Shown piece by piece: positions 39,401-50,684 of a stretch of DNA of 64,000 nt (position 1 is its first letter; the number at the start of each line of letters is the position of its first letter). The position numbers and the translations under genes were made by a program. Under the pieces are notes generated by a model. That model saw only the letters and a program-made list of their open reading frames with translations, did not search any database and was not told the DNA's origin. The DNA lies in NCBI GenBank assembly GCA_028826165.1, contig JAPDFW010000081.1:1116001-1180000 (forward strand), in the 5' to 3' direction. This stretch comes from Anaeramoeba ignava BMAN. Lineage: Eukaryota; Protista; Anaeramoebae.

Positions 39401-41423
39401 TGATCAAACTCAATCAATTTGTTTAGACAAATCATCAACTAATTTTTCAATTTCTAATTTAACTGGAGGTGCAAAATATGAAATTACAATATTTGCATCT
39501 GCTGATCCAGATTGTAAACCAAATGATTATTCAGGTTTAAATTTTACATTTGAAATTACAACTGATAAATTACCTGCTCCTTCAATTATTCAATCAAATT
39601 CCAAAGTTGAAGAAATTGAATTAATTTTTTCAAAATTATCTGCAGCAAAATCTTATTTAGTTTCTATTGATAACAAACAAACTTGGATAAGTTTTTCTTC
39701 ATTAATTTCAAATGGAACTGAAATGATTGGAACAATTAATCAATTAGATGGAAATGTTGAATATGAAGTTGCTGTTAGAGGATGTAGTGATTTAATTTGT
39801 CAAACTCAAAATTTAGGTGATTCAAGTACAACAATTTCAATTAAACCCAAATTAGGAAATATAACAGGATTTAATTGTAATCCAATAATTTGTGGATTTG
39901 AATGTGAATGGAATCCATTAGAATTATCAACAGGATTAAATGGATATTCATTATCTTATGGTTCAAAATCAATTTGTTTAGACAAATCATCAACTAATTT
40001 TTCAATTTCAAATTTAATTGGAGGTGCAAAATATGAAATTACAATATTTGCATCTGCTGATCCAAATTGTAAACCAAATGATTATTCAGGCTTAAATTTT
40101 ACATTTGAAATTACAACTGATAAATTACCTGCTCCTTCAATTATTCAATCAAATTCCAAAGTTGAAGAAATTGAATTAATTTTTTCAAAATTATCTGCAG
40201 CAAAATCTTATTTAGTTTCTATTGATAACAAACAAACTTGGATAACTTTTTCTTCATTAATTTCAAATGGAAATAAAATGACTGGAACAATTAATCAATT
40301 AGATGGAAATGTTGAATATGAAGTTGCTGTTAGAGGATGTAGTGATTCAATTTGCACATTTGAATATTTAGGATATTCAAGTGCAACAATTTCAATTAAA
40401 CCCAAATTAGGAAATATAACAGGATTTAATTGTAATCCAATAATTTGTGGATTTGAATGTGAATGGAATCCATTAGAATTATCAACAGGATTAAATGGAT
40501 ATTCATTATCTTATGGTTCAAAATCAATTTGTTTAGACAAATCATCAACTAATTTTTCAATTTCTAATTTAACTGGAGGTGCAAAATATGAAATTACAAT
40601 ATTTGCATCTGCTGATCCAAATTGTAAACCAAATGATTATTCAGGCTTATCTTCAATAATTAAAATTGAAACTAATAAATTACCTGCTCCTTCAATTATT
40701 CAATCAAATTCCAAAGTTGAAGAAATTGAATTAATTTTCACAAAATTATCTGAAGCAAAATCTTATTTAGTTTCTATTGATGGAAGAATGACTTGGATAA
40801 ATTTCACAACATTAATTTCGAATGGAAATGAAATGATCGGAACAATTAATCAATTAGATGGAAATTTTGAATATCAAGTTTCTGTTGTAGGATGCATTGA
40901 TTTAATTTGTCAAACTCAAAATTTAGGATATCCAAGTACAACAATTTCAATTAAACCCAAATTAGGAAATATAACAGGATTTAATTGTAATCCAATAATT
41001 TGTGGATTTGAATGTGAATGGAATCCATTAGAATTATCAACAGGATTAAGTGGATATTCATTATCTTATGGTTCAGGATCAATTTGTGTTTCCAAATTAA
41101 TGAATCAAATTTCAATTTTCAATTTAATTGGAGGAGAAAATTATGAAATTACAATATTTGCATCTGGTGATTGGAAATGTGAATCAAGTGAATATTCAGG
41201 AGCAAATACAACAACTTCAATTACAACTATTGCAGCACCAACACAAGAAGCAACTGAAAGTTCATCTAATACAAAAGTAATTATTCCAGCAGTAATTGTT
41301 CCTATTGTTGTAGTTGCCATTATCATTATCATTATAATGTGGATCAAAAGTAAATCCAAAAAAAGAAAAAATCAAAATCAACAAAATCAAAATAAAGAAA
41401 TGGAACTTTCAGATGATATTTAA
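36492..41423 (+). CDS. Type I membrane protein: signal peptide, FG-GAP-like beta-propeller, tandem Cys-rich FN3-like domains, TM helix, short tail
   Basis: ATG 36492 gives the signal peptide MMNKKTIILLFFLIQIIQS. Repeats FGLNVDFS/LGLSLSLTGDG/YGYVVAIS/FGYSLSIC/FGMVIAIN/FGSTVEIS. FN3 motifs (VSWTPP, LxGNVEYEVAVRGC). TM VIIPAVIVPIVVVAIIIIIIMWI then KSKSKKRK. Intronless. Confidence 0.85.
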   Translation: MMNKKTIILLFFLIQIIQSYKIKFESSGDETYVWKEVFNQFPSSTGNTYGRGKAINQDMAAVGDDYKVIVYIFKYDGTNWQYIQNITGEADSRFGLNVDFSADSSLLAISAHSNSKFFIYSWTGSEYVQRDVITGDYGSYLGLSLSLTGDGNRIAVGTMFYGVGIFEYASGNWTSTKVLTETGSSSYGYVVAISKNGEILLVGDQSENTTYVYSYDSGQWNNIQNLTRENKFGYSLSICDDGSVFVVGTYYSNAAFIYRKNGATYDLDKSLSGTISTSFGMVIAINEDGNEVLVGNSDTSSVYVYIYQSGDWVEQPVMKPSSYSYSFGSTVEISGNWSIVTKSNSPRGVYILEQSILTGPGIELVNCTSLYSKFKCYWTQPENDVSLQFQIDYGYDWTTIQNPSFDSSVNVFYEEFTSQNYSEIYGNEEYSIQIKACNLTTSECGNPTTPTTLTTMIDAVEDFELTALVDTINVSWTPPDVRIIGGVPHLYQYLILVDGPDFHVYTPSNDSTFYEATGLTCGEIYTVYMIPCRTFICGVGDAGEMVYDEIQVGFGPVFDLKCSVSDILDVHCSWLPPNSSVAPSYYNLTSQSGSLLDFQSFNVSDLSFNFSVNLPNQYYQINVSACASNGGCGVISSFQIRIADIPHPNIISSYSGIELIQITFSQVSQAKAYLVTIDDHLSWINFSSLIPNGNEMIGTINQLDGNVEYGVAVRGCTDSSCQPQYLGDSSATISIKAQLGNITGLTCSSSICGFDCEWDSLELSEGLQAISFWFNQNLTCLNKSSTTLSLTGLLGGANYDIYVSASADPDCESSNYSGLNASTSITTQKIPSPSIIQSNSKPDEIELIFTNLIQAKSYLVSIDNQQTWISFSSLIPNGEAIIGLIDNISGNVEYEVAVRGCSDSSCTFEYLGDPSESIPVKAQLSNITGLNCSATSCGFECTWDSIDSSGIEAFAIIINLLLTNQQLKSIDQTQSICLDKSSTNFSISNLTGGAKYEITIFASADPDCKPNDYSGLNFTFEITTDKLPAPSIIQSNSKVEEIELIFSKLSAAKSYLVSIDNKQTWISFSSLISNGTEMIGTINQLDGNVEYEVAVRGCSDLICQTQNLGDSSTTISIKPKLGNITGFNCNPIICGFECEWNPLELSTGLNGYSLSYGSKSICLDKSSTNFSISNLIGGAKYEITIFASADPNCKPNDYSGLNFTFEITTDKLPAPSIIQSNSKVEEIELIFSKLSAAKSYLVSIDNKQTWITFSSLISNGNKMTGTINQLDGNVEYEVAVRGCSDSICTFEYLGYSSATISIKPKLGNITGFNCNPIICGFECEWNPLELSTGLNGYSLSYGSKSICLDKSSTNFSISNLTGGAKYEITIFASADPNCKPNDYSGLSSIIKIETNKLPAPSIIQSNSKVEEIELIFTKLSEAKSYLVSIDGRMTWINFTTLISNGNEMIGTINQLDGNFEYQVSVVGCIDLICQTQNLGYPSTTISIKPKLGNITGFNCNPIICGFECEWNPLELSTGLSGYSLSYGSGSICVSKLMNQISIFNLIGGENYEITIFASGDWKCESSEYSGANTTTSITTIAAPTQEATESSSNTKVIIPAVIVPIVVVAIIIIIIMWIKSKSKKRKNQNQQNQNKEMELSDDI
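38427..41230 (+). repeat. Five tandem ~555-bp coding repeats (double-FN3 units)
   Basis: PxPSIIQS unit starts at 38427, 38982, 39573, 40128 and 40683. Units 3-5 are nearly identical at DNA level. Confidence 0.85.
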
Positions 41424-41680
41424 TTCATCATTTCCCATTTCTCAATTTTTTTTCAATTCATCAATTCAAAAAAAAAAAGAATAAAAATCATTCCAAAAAA
41501 ATCATTTTTCTTTAATTTTTAATTTTGATTTTGATTTTAAATTTAATTTTGATTTTAATTTTAATTTTGATTTTAATTTTGATTTTAATTTTAATTTTGA
41601 TTTTGATTTTAATTTTGATTTTAATTTTAATTTTGATTTTGATTTTAATTTTGATTTTAATTTTGATTTTAATTTTGATT

Positions 41681-43552
41681 TTAATTTTGATTTTGATTTT
41701 GAAATTTCGTAATTAATAAATCAAATAAATTTGGATTTGTTTGATTTAATTGATTGATAAATTCTTTTGTTTTTTTCTTTTGTTCTTTCTTAATTTGATT
41801 TTGATTATTAAATTTGTTAATTAATAAATCAAATAAATTTGGATTTGTTTGGCTTAATTGAAAATAATCAATTCCAATTTTAATTTCATTAATGATTTCT
41901 TGTGTAATTTGAATTTCATCTTTAATTTGATTTGAATAAATCCAATATTCAAATATTTGAAATGATTTATTACTTAATTCACTATAATCTGTAACTTTAT
42001 TAGAAGTATCATTTGTTACAGATAAAAACATTCCTCGATATAATTCACTTCTCATTATTAATATTAATTTTGGAAATTTATATTGTTTTTCTTTTCTTTC
42101 AATAATAAAATCTTTTTCATTTTCATTTTCATTTAAATAAATTCTTTTAATTGTTTCTTCAATTTTTTCATTTAAATTTATAATTTCTTTAATTTCAGAA
42201 TATAATTTTGGATTTATTATTCTGTTTGAATAAATCATTTCAAATATTTGATTTGATTCTTTAATTGATTTTTTTGAAATAATTTCTTTAAGTTTTTCAA
42301 TTTCATTTTCATTTTGATTTAATCTATATTTCAATATTAATTTATGAGCTTTGATTATTTCTCCATTTTCGGTTTTAAATGAAATATTGCAAAATTCTTT
42401 TCTTCTAAATAGTTTTATCAAATCTTCTTCAAGATTGGAAAAAGGAGGAGAAGAATAATAAAGAAATGAATTGTTTTCTCCACAAGAAAGATGATAATTA
42501 GAAACTTCTTCATTAAATCTTAATTTAGGAAGTTCAATTTGAATTGGAATTAATTGATTTTTTGTATCTCCAGTTCCTAATTCACCAAAATAATTATGCC
42601 CAAATCCTATCAATTTTGGTTTAGATGTTAAAATCAAAGTATGGTTTTCACCAACAGAAAAATCAAGAATATTATCATCATTTTCAAATAAAGATGATTT
42701 GATTTCAGTAAATTCATAAGTATCTTCTCCGTATTTTTTGCCAAGTCCATTGTATTGATAATTTCCACATGAATAAAGTTTTCTTTTTGTTTTAAATTCA
42801 ATCAACATTATTGAATGCCAACCTCCACATTTAATATCAATTATTTTACCTTTTGGAATATTTTGGATTTTGGTTAATTTTTGGATTTTTGATTTCTCTT
42901 TTTTTGATTCTCCTAATCCAAGTTTACCATAAAAATTGTATCCGCATCCAAATAATTCTTGATTTGAATTTAAAAGAAAAACATGATTTGAAGAATTTCC
43001 TGAAAATATTTTAGAAACATTTTTCATCATTAAAATTGGTTTTTTTGTTTTTTTGTATGTAAGAGAACGAAAATTAAATGTTTCAACTCCTGAAAAAAAT
43101 GAATAAGCATTTTGATTTGAAGTTAATAAATAAATTGATTCAGATCCAGAAACAATATCTTCAATTATTCTATCATTTGTATCTTCAATTAATGATGAAA
43201 TATTGATAAATTGATTTGAATCAGTATCTTTTCCTTTGGCAAATACATTTCCTTCTATTGTTAAAATAGCTTCATTTTGAAAACCAACAGATACTTTTTG
43301 AATATTTTCTTCAATTTGGATTTTTTGAGGATTTTGATTTAAATATGTTTCATTTAAATATTCTATTGCTTTTCCATTTTTAAAAAGGAAAATTGTTGAA
43401 AAGAAACTTGATGAAATTTGTTTAATTTGTTTTTCATTTTCATTTTCATTTTCATTTTCAAATTTAAATTGAATTGGATTTGTTATTCTTTCTGGTTCAT
43501 TTTTTAAAAGTTTTGAATATTTATTTGAACCAAAAAATAAAATTTCATTCAT
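41681..43552 (-). CDS. RCC1-BTB-BTB protein, copy 5
   Basis: 623 aa intronless ORF. The C-terminal QL(S/N)QTNPNLFDLLI segment is duplicated. Confidence 0.9.
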   Translation of the reverse strand: MNEILFFGSNKYSKLLKNEPERITNPIQFKFENENENENEKQIKQISSSFFSTIFLFKNGKAIEYLNETYLNQNPQKIQIEENIQKVSVGFQNEAILTIEGNVFAKGKDTDSNQFINISSLIEDTNDRIIEDIVSGSESIYLLTSNQNAYSFFSGVETFNFRSLTYKKTKKPILMMKNVSKIFSGNSSNHVFLLNSNQELFGCGYNFYGKLGLGESKKEKSKIQKLTKIQNIPKGKIIDIKCGGWHSIMLIEFKTKRKLYSCGNYQYNGLGKKYGEDTYEFTEIKSSLFENDDNILDFSVGENHTLILTSKPKLIGFGHNYFGELGTGDTKNQLIPIQIELPKLRFNEEVSNYHLSCGENNSFLYYSSPPFSNLEEDLIKLFRRKEFCNISFKTENGEIIKAHKLILKYRLNQNENEIEKLKEIISKKSIKESNQIFEMIYSNRIINPKLYSEIKEIINLNEKIEETIKRIYLNENENEKDFIIERKEKQYKFPKLILIMRSELYRGMFLSVTNDTSNKVTDYSELSNKSFQIFEYWIYSNQIKDEIQITQEIINEIKIGIDYFQLSQTNPNLFDLLINKFNNQNQIKKEQKKKTKEFINQLNQTNPNLFDLLITKFQNQNQN

Positions 43553-43607
43553 TTTTGAAAAGAAAAAAAAAAAAAAAATGAAAAAATGAAAAAATAATTT
43601 TTGAGAA

Positions 43608-46100
43608 TTAATTCTTAAATTTGAAAATTTTTGATTTTGGGTTAATTTGATAAAAATCAGCTAATTCAAATATTTCATCAATTTCAGATGTAGTAAAAGA
43701 ATTGAAATCAAATCTGTCGGTATAAAAAAATTGAATTAATTTTTCAAGAATATAAAATGGAGTATTTCGATAATCATGAACTTGATTTGATTGGTCTGAA
43801 ACAGAAAGAAACATTCCTTTAAATAATTCACTTCTTGCAGCAAGAATTGTTTTATGGGCACGAATTTGTCGATTTTCTACCATTATTGTAAAATCTTTTG
43901 AATTTTCATCGAAATATAAATCATGAAAATTTTGTAAAAAATCTGTTTTTGGATCTTGAATTCTTTGTTCGAAATTATCCATTTCTGTTTGTTGGAAAAT
44001 TTCTTTTAATAAAAGAGTATCTTTGACTTTTCCAGTATAAATCCATTCCATAAAAATATCAATCTCTTGTTTGGATCTATCCATGAGAACATTTTTAATG
44101 ACTTCAATTGAAACTTTTAATCTTGCTTGAAGAATGATTCTATGAAATTTACAAGATTTGTAATCACTTGATAAAAACTCTTCATCACAAAATTCATTGC
44201 TATTATAACAATTCCATAAATCTTGAGCCAATCCTTCAATTTTCTAAATGAGAAATTAAAATATTTATTAAAATATTAATTAAAATATTAATTAAAATAT
44301 TAATTATAATATTTATTAAAATATTTATTAAAATATTTATTAAAATATTTATTATAATATTTTAATTAATATTTATTAAAATATTTATTAAAATATTTAT
44401 TAAAATATTTATTAAAATATTTATTAAAATATTTATTAAAATATTTATTAAAATATTTATTATAATATTTATTAAAATATTTATTAAAATATTTATTAAA
44501 ATATTTTACAGTTATAATATTTATTAAAATATTAATTAAAATATTAAAATATTTATTAAAATATTTATTAAAATATTTATTATAATATTTATTAAAATAT
44601 TTATTAAAATATTATTTATTAAAATATTTATTAAAATATTTATTAAAATATTTATTATAATATTTATTAAAATATTTATTAAAATATTAAAATATTTATT
44701 TAATATTGGTTAAAATATTTAAAAATATTTATTAAATATTTTAACATAAAATATTTATTAAAATATTTATTAAAATATTTACAGTTTCTTTTGTTTTAAT
44801 AAAACTTGAATAAGATCCACAAACAATACTAATATTATGATAAGGTTTAATTTCATTAATTTTCAATTCAACTGGAACATAAATAGGTTCTTTATTTCCT
44901 TGTCCAAATTGACCATAAGAACCAAGACCAAACATAAGAATTTTATTGTTTTTCAATTTTAGAAGTGAGAATTGAGATCCAGAATCCATTGTTTGAATTT
45001 GTTGGTCAGGATAACTTAAAAGTAATTCAAAATTTGTAACATCTCCTTTATTCCCTAATCCTGTATATTTTGTATATCCTGCTGAATATAATTCTTGTCC
45101 TTCTCCTTTGCGCATTAAAATCAATGTGTGACAATATCCACATGAAATATTGATGATTTCTTCTCCTGGAAATTGAGGTAAAGCTTTTAATTCTTTTTGT
45201 GTTGTATGATTTCCAAGTCCAAGATGTCCATATCCATTATATCCACAAACATATAAAACATTATCATCTTTTATCATAAGCATTTGTTGTGAATAAATTC
45301 CTGTAAAAAATCTTTTCACATTTTTCTGAATTAAACTTGGTTTTTCACCTCTTTTCCAGGGTAAATTAGTATAAGTTAGAAGAGTATATCCACATCCATA
45401 TAAATCTCCATTTCTATTTTTAAATTAAATATTAAATTAAATATTAAATTAAATATTAAAATAAATATTGAAATAAATATTAAAATAAATATTGAAATAA
45501 ATATTAAATATTAAATTAAATATTAAAATAAATATTAAATTAAATATTGAAATAAATATTAAATATTAAATTAAATATTAAAATAAATATTAAAATAAAT
45601 ATTAAATTGAAATAAATAATAAATTAAATATTAAATCAATATTAAATTAAATTTAAATCAAATATTTACGAAAAATAAAAATAAGAACTATCTGATCCTG
45701 CATAAATTTTTTTAACATTTTTCAAAGAATCAATTTTTGTTGGTTTATCTCTAAATGAACTATCACCATGACCTAATTCGAAATCAGAATTATTTAACCA
45801 AGAATAAACATCTCCATCAGTAGTTAAAGCTAAAAAATGATTTTGACCAGCTTTAATAGTTTTAATTTCATCATCTAATTTAAAAGTATTAGGATAACTT
45901 CCAAGTTGAATAAGAACATTATCTTCTGTTAAAAAAAGACTGTTTTGATAACCACAAGCAACTTTATAAACTGAAGTGTTTGCAAATCGAGTAACTTTTG
46001 TAAAATCAACAACATCTTTCGCAGGAACATTTTCAAGAGGAAGTTGATTGTTTCCATTCATTCCTGAAACAAAAAAATACTTGGATTCTTCATATTCCAT
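43608..46100 (-). CDS. Divergent, intron-containing RCC1-BTB-BTB protein, about 565 aa, 3 exons
   Basis: Exons 46100-45670, 45413-44783, 44243-43608. RCC1 blades (KAGQNHFLAL, CGYNGYGHLGLG, SCGYCHTLIL) and BTB (DFTIMV...AHKTILAARSELFKGMF...QFFYTD). Confidence 0.88.
44255..44780. repeat. Intronic 12-bp minisatellite (TATTTATTAAAA)
   Basis: Fills intron 2 of the divergent RCC1-BTB gene. Confidence 0.9.
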
Positions 46101-46236
46101 TTCAAATTAAAAATTCAAATAAAACAAAAGAGAAAAGCGAAAAAAAAAATGAAAAAACGTCATTTAATTTTTAATTTAATTTTTAATTTAATTTTTCATT
46201 TTTTTCATTTTTCATTTTTTTATTTACAAAATTATT
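46101..46236. promoter_or_regulatory. 136-bp bidirectional promoter region with TCATTTT motifs
   Basis: Divergent ATGs at 46100 (-) and 46237 (+). AAAATGA near 46146 and three TCATTTT copies at 46195-46220. Confidence 0.5.
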
Positions 46237-49200
46237 ATGACAACTGATAAAAAAATTGAAGTTGATATTTCAACACTTCATCCTCTTTCTCCAGAAATTA
46301 TGAAGAACCAAGCAACAAGTATTAAAATTAAAATTAAAAAACACAAAAAAATAAAAAAATTAATTTAAAAATAAAAAAAAATAATTTTTTTTATAAAATT
46401 AATTAGTTAATTTAGGTTTGATTTACTTATTCTTTGCAAAACAACAAATACAATTAATTCAATATATATTTTTAAATTCAATATATATTTTTAAATTTAA
46501 TATATATATTTTTAAATTCAATATATATTTTTAAATTTAATATTTTTAAATTCAATATATATTTTTAAACTCAATATTTATTTTTAAATTCAATATATTT
46601 ATTTTTAAATTCAATATATATTTTTAAATTCAATATATATTTTTAAATTCAATATATATTTTTAAATTCAATATATATTTTTAAATTCAATATATATTTT
46701 TTAAATTCAATATATATTTTTAAATTTAATATATATTTTTAAATTCAATATATATTTTTAAATTCAATATATATATTTTTAAATTCAATATATATTTTTA
46801 AATTTAATATTTTTAAATTCAATATATATTTTTAAATTCAATATATATTTTTAAATTTAATATATTTATTTAAATTCAATATATATTTTTAAATTCAATA
46901 TATATTTTTAAATTCAAATATATATTTTTAAATTCAGGAACTATTGGACATGTAGCTCATGGTAAAACAACAGTAGTTAAAGCAATATCAGGAGTTCAAG
47001 TATTATTTTTTAATTGAAATAAAATTTTAAAATGAAAATTAAAAAAAAAATTTTTTTGTTTATTTAGACTGTAAATTTTATTATTTGAAAAAAAATTATA
47101 GAAAGAATTTTAATTAATCTTTTTCTTATTTTTTTTTTAAAAAATAAATTTAGATTAAATTTAGGTTTGAAAATCTTTTTTTTTTGATTTAGATTTATTT
47201 TAAAATTTAACCTCAAAACAACAAAAATTTTTTTTCAATTAAAAATTTAAATTAAAGAAATGAATTAATCCGAAACATTACAAGTATAAATTTTTAAAAA
47301 TTAAAATTAAAATTAAATTTAATTTAAATTACTTTTTTTTGATAATTTAAAAAAGTTAAACTTGGTTATGCAAATGCAAAGATTTATAAATGTGATAATC
47401 CAGACTGTCCAAGACCTGATTGTTATAAATCATTTGGAAGTGGAAAAGAAGATAATCCACCATGTCCAAGACCAAATTGTGGAGGAACATTACAATTATT
47501 ACGGTAAATCAAAATCAAAATCAAAATCAAAATTAAAATTAAAATCAAAATTTAAAATTAAAATTAAAATTAAAATCAAAATCAAAATCAAAATTTAAAA
47601 TTAAAATTAAAATTAAAATCAAAATTAAAATCAAAATCAAAAATTCAAAATCAAAATTAAAATTAAAATTAAAATCAAAATTAAAATTAAAATCAAAATT
47701 AAAATTAAAATTAAAATTAAAATCAAAATCAAAATCAAAATCAAAATCAAAATCAAAATCAAAATCAAAATTAAAATCAAAATTAAAATCAAAATTAAAA
47801 TCAAAATTAAAATCAAAAAATTAAAATCCAAAATCAAAATCAAAAAATCAAAAATCAAAATTAAAAAATTAAAATCAAAAATCAAAATCAAAATTAAAAT
47901 TAAAATCAAAATTAAAATTAAAATTTAAAATTAAAATCAAAATGAAAATGAAAATTAAAATTAAAATGAAAATGAAAATGAAAATGAAAATCAAAATGAA
48001 AATCAAAATCAAAAATTAAAATCAAATTCAAAAATCAAAATTCAAAATCAAAATCAAAATCAAAATTAAAATTAAAACCAAAATCAAAATCAAAATCAAA
48101 ATCAAAATTAAAATCAAAATCAATATCAAAATCAAAATCAAAATCAAAATTAAAATGAAAATGAAAATGAAAATGAAAATGAAAATCAAAATTAAAATTA
48201 AAATTAAAATAAAAATCAAAATTAAAATTAAAATCAAAATTAAAATCAAAATTAAAATCAAAATCAAAATCAAAATCAAAATCAAAATCAAAATCAAAAT
48301 CAAAATCAAAATCAAAATCAAAATCAAAACAAAAATTAAAATTTAAATCAAAATTAAAATTAAAATTTAAAAAATTAAGACATGTTTCCTTTGTTGATTG
48401 TCCTGGTCATGATATTTTAATGGCAACAATGTTGAATGGAGCTGCTGTTATGGATGCTGTTTTATTATTAATTGCTGGAAATGAACCATGTCCACAACCT
48501 CAAACAAGTGAACATTTAGCTGCAATTGAAATTATGAAATTAAAGGATATAATTATTTTACAAAATAAAATTGATTTAATTCGTGAAAGTTCAGCAAAAG
48601 AACAATATAAACAAATTAAAAATTTTGTTCAAGGTAGATTTATAATTTGAGGAATGAATTCTCTTAGAATAATTAAAATTAAAATGAAAATTTATTTGAA
48701 AAATTTATTTCAAAATCTATTTGAAAATCTATTTGAAAAATTTATTTGAAAATTTATTTGAAAAATTATTTGAAAATTTTATTTAAAAATTTATTTGAAA
48801 AAATTATTTGAAAATTTATTTGAAAATTTATTTGAAAATTTATTTCAAAATTTATTTCAAAATTTATTTGAAAATTTATTTGAAAATTTATTTAAAAATC
48901 TATTTAAAAATCTATTTGAAAATTTATTTCAAAATCTATTTCAAAATCTATTTCAAAATCTATTTGAAAATTTATTTCAAAATTATTTCAAAATCTATTT
49001 CAAAATTTATTGAAAATCTATTTAAAATTTATTTAAAAATTATTTGAAAAATTATTTTAAAATTTATTTGAAAATTTATTTCAAAATTTATTTCAAAATT
49101 TATTTGAAAATTTATTTCAAAATTTATTTGAAAATTTATTTGAAAATTTATTTGAAAATTTATTTGAAAATTTATTTCAAAATTTATTTGAAAATTTATT

Positions 49201-50469
49201 TGAAAATCTATTTGAAAATTTATTTGAAAATTTATTTCAAAATTATTTCAAAATTTATTTCAAAATTTATTTCAAAATCTATTTGAAAATTTATTTGAAA
49301 ATTTATTTGAAAAATTATTTGAAAATTTTATTTAAAAATTTATTTCAAAATCTATTTCAAAATTTATTTAAAAATTTATTTGAAAATTTATTTGAAAATT
49401 TATTTGAAAATTTTATTTGAAAATTTATTTCAAAATTTATTTTAAAAATTATTTGAAAATTTATTTGAAAATTTATTTATTTCAAAATTTATTTCAAAAT
49501 CTATTTGAAAATTTATTTGAAAAATTATTTGAAAATTTATTTAAAAATTTATTTGAAAATTTATTTAAAAATTTATTTAAAAATTTATTTCAAAATTTAT
49601 TTTAAAAAAAAAAGATACAATTGCCAAAGATGCACCAATTATCCCAACCTCAGCACAACTTGGTTATAACATTGATGTTGTTAACGAAGCTATTGTGAAA
49701 AACATAAGAATACCACATAGAGACTTTACATCACCACCAAGATTGATTGTAATTCGGTCATTTGATATCAAACAAACCAGGTTGCACAATTGATAATCTA
49801 CGAGGAGGAGTAGCAGGAGGAAGTCTTTTGCAAGGGATTTTACGAGTAGGTGATGAGATTGAAATCCGACCAGGAGATGTAGGAACAAAAGAAGGAAGAA
49901 TAAGATGCACTCCACTTCGAACAAAAATTCTCTCACTTATGGCTGAAGAAAATAAATTGGATTTCGCAATTCCTGGCGGTTTAATTGGAATTGGAACTAA
50001 AATCGATCCTGCTCTTTGTAGAGGAAATCATCTTGTTGGCCATGTTATTGGTGCTGTTGGAAAACTCCCTGATATTTTTATCGAAATTGAAATCAATTAT
50101 TTCCTTCTTAGAAGACTTCTTGGTGTTCGTGTTTCTGAAACTCAACAGCAAACTTCTTCCATTTCCGCTCTTGAAAAAAATGAGATTTTACTTGTTAATA
50201 TTGGTAGTACAACTACTGGTGGTCGTGTTCTAACTGTTAGAGGTGATCTTGCTAAAATTCAATTGCAAAATCCTGTTTGTACTGAAGTTGGTGAAAAAAT
50301 TGCTTTAAGTCGAAAAGTTCAAGATCATTGGAGGTAATTATTATTTTATTATTTTAAAATTCAATATTTAAAAATTCAATATTTATTTTCTTCTTCTTTT
50401 TATTTTTTTATTAGATTAATTGGTTGGGGTGAAATCAAAAGAGGAACTGTTGTTCCAATTGAAAAATAG
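46237..50469 (+). CDS. EIF2S3: Translation initiation factor eIF2 gamma, about 455 aa, 10 exons including 9-, 3- and 11-nt micro-exons; one apparent +1 indel
   Basis: Exons 46237-46318, 46407-46415, 46938-46999, 47068-47070, 47154-47164, 47258-47283, 47356-47503, 48380-48633, 49615-50333, 50415-50469. Spliced product [18 protein letters not shown]...[41 protein letters not shown]. An extra A at 49770-49772 breaks RSFDINKPG. Confidence 0.92.
46455..46935. repeat. Intronic ~19-bp minisatellite (TTCAATATATATTTTTAAA)
   Basis: Fills eIF2-gamma intron 2. Confidence 0.9.
47505..48375. repeat. Intronic (AAAAT[T/C/G])n satellite
   Basis: Fills eIF2-gamma intron 7. Confidence 0.9.
48690..49600. repeat. 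Intronic 12-bp minisatellite (AAAATTTATTTG)
   Basis: Fills eIF2-gamma intron 8. Confidence 0.9.
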
Positions 50470-50684
50470 ATAAAAGAATAAATTTTTTTTTTTTAAAAAA
50501 TATTTCAAATTTTGATCCACTTTTTTTTTTCTACATTTTTTTTTAATCAATTTTTTTTGATTTGATTCGATTTTTTACTTTCAAATTCCTTTTTCTTTTC
50601 TTTTTCTAAAATAATAAAATTTAAAAAATATTTTTTTCATTTTTTTCATTTTCATTTTTTCTTTTCTATTTTTTTAAAAATAAA

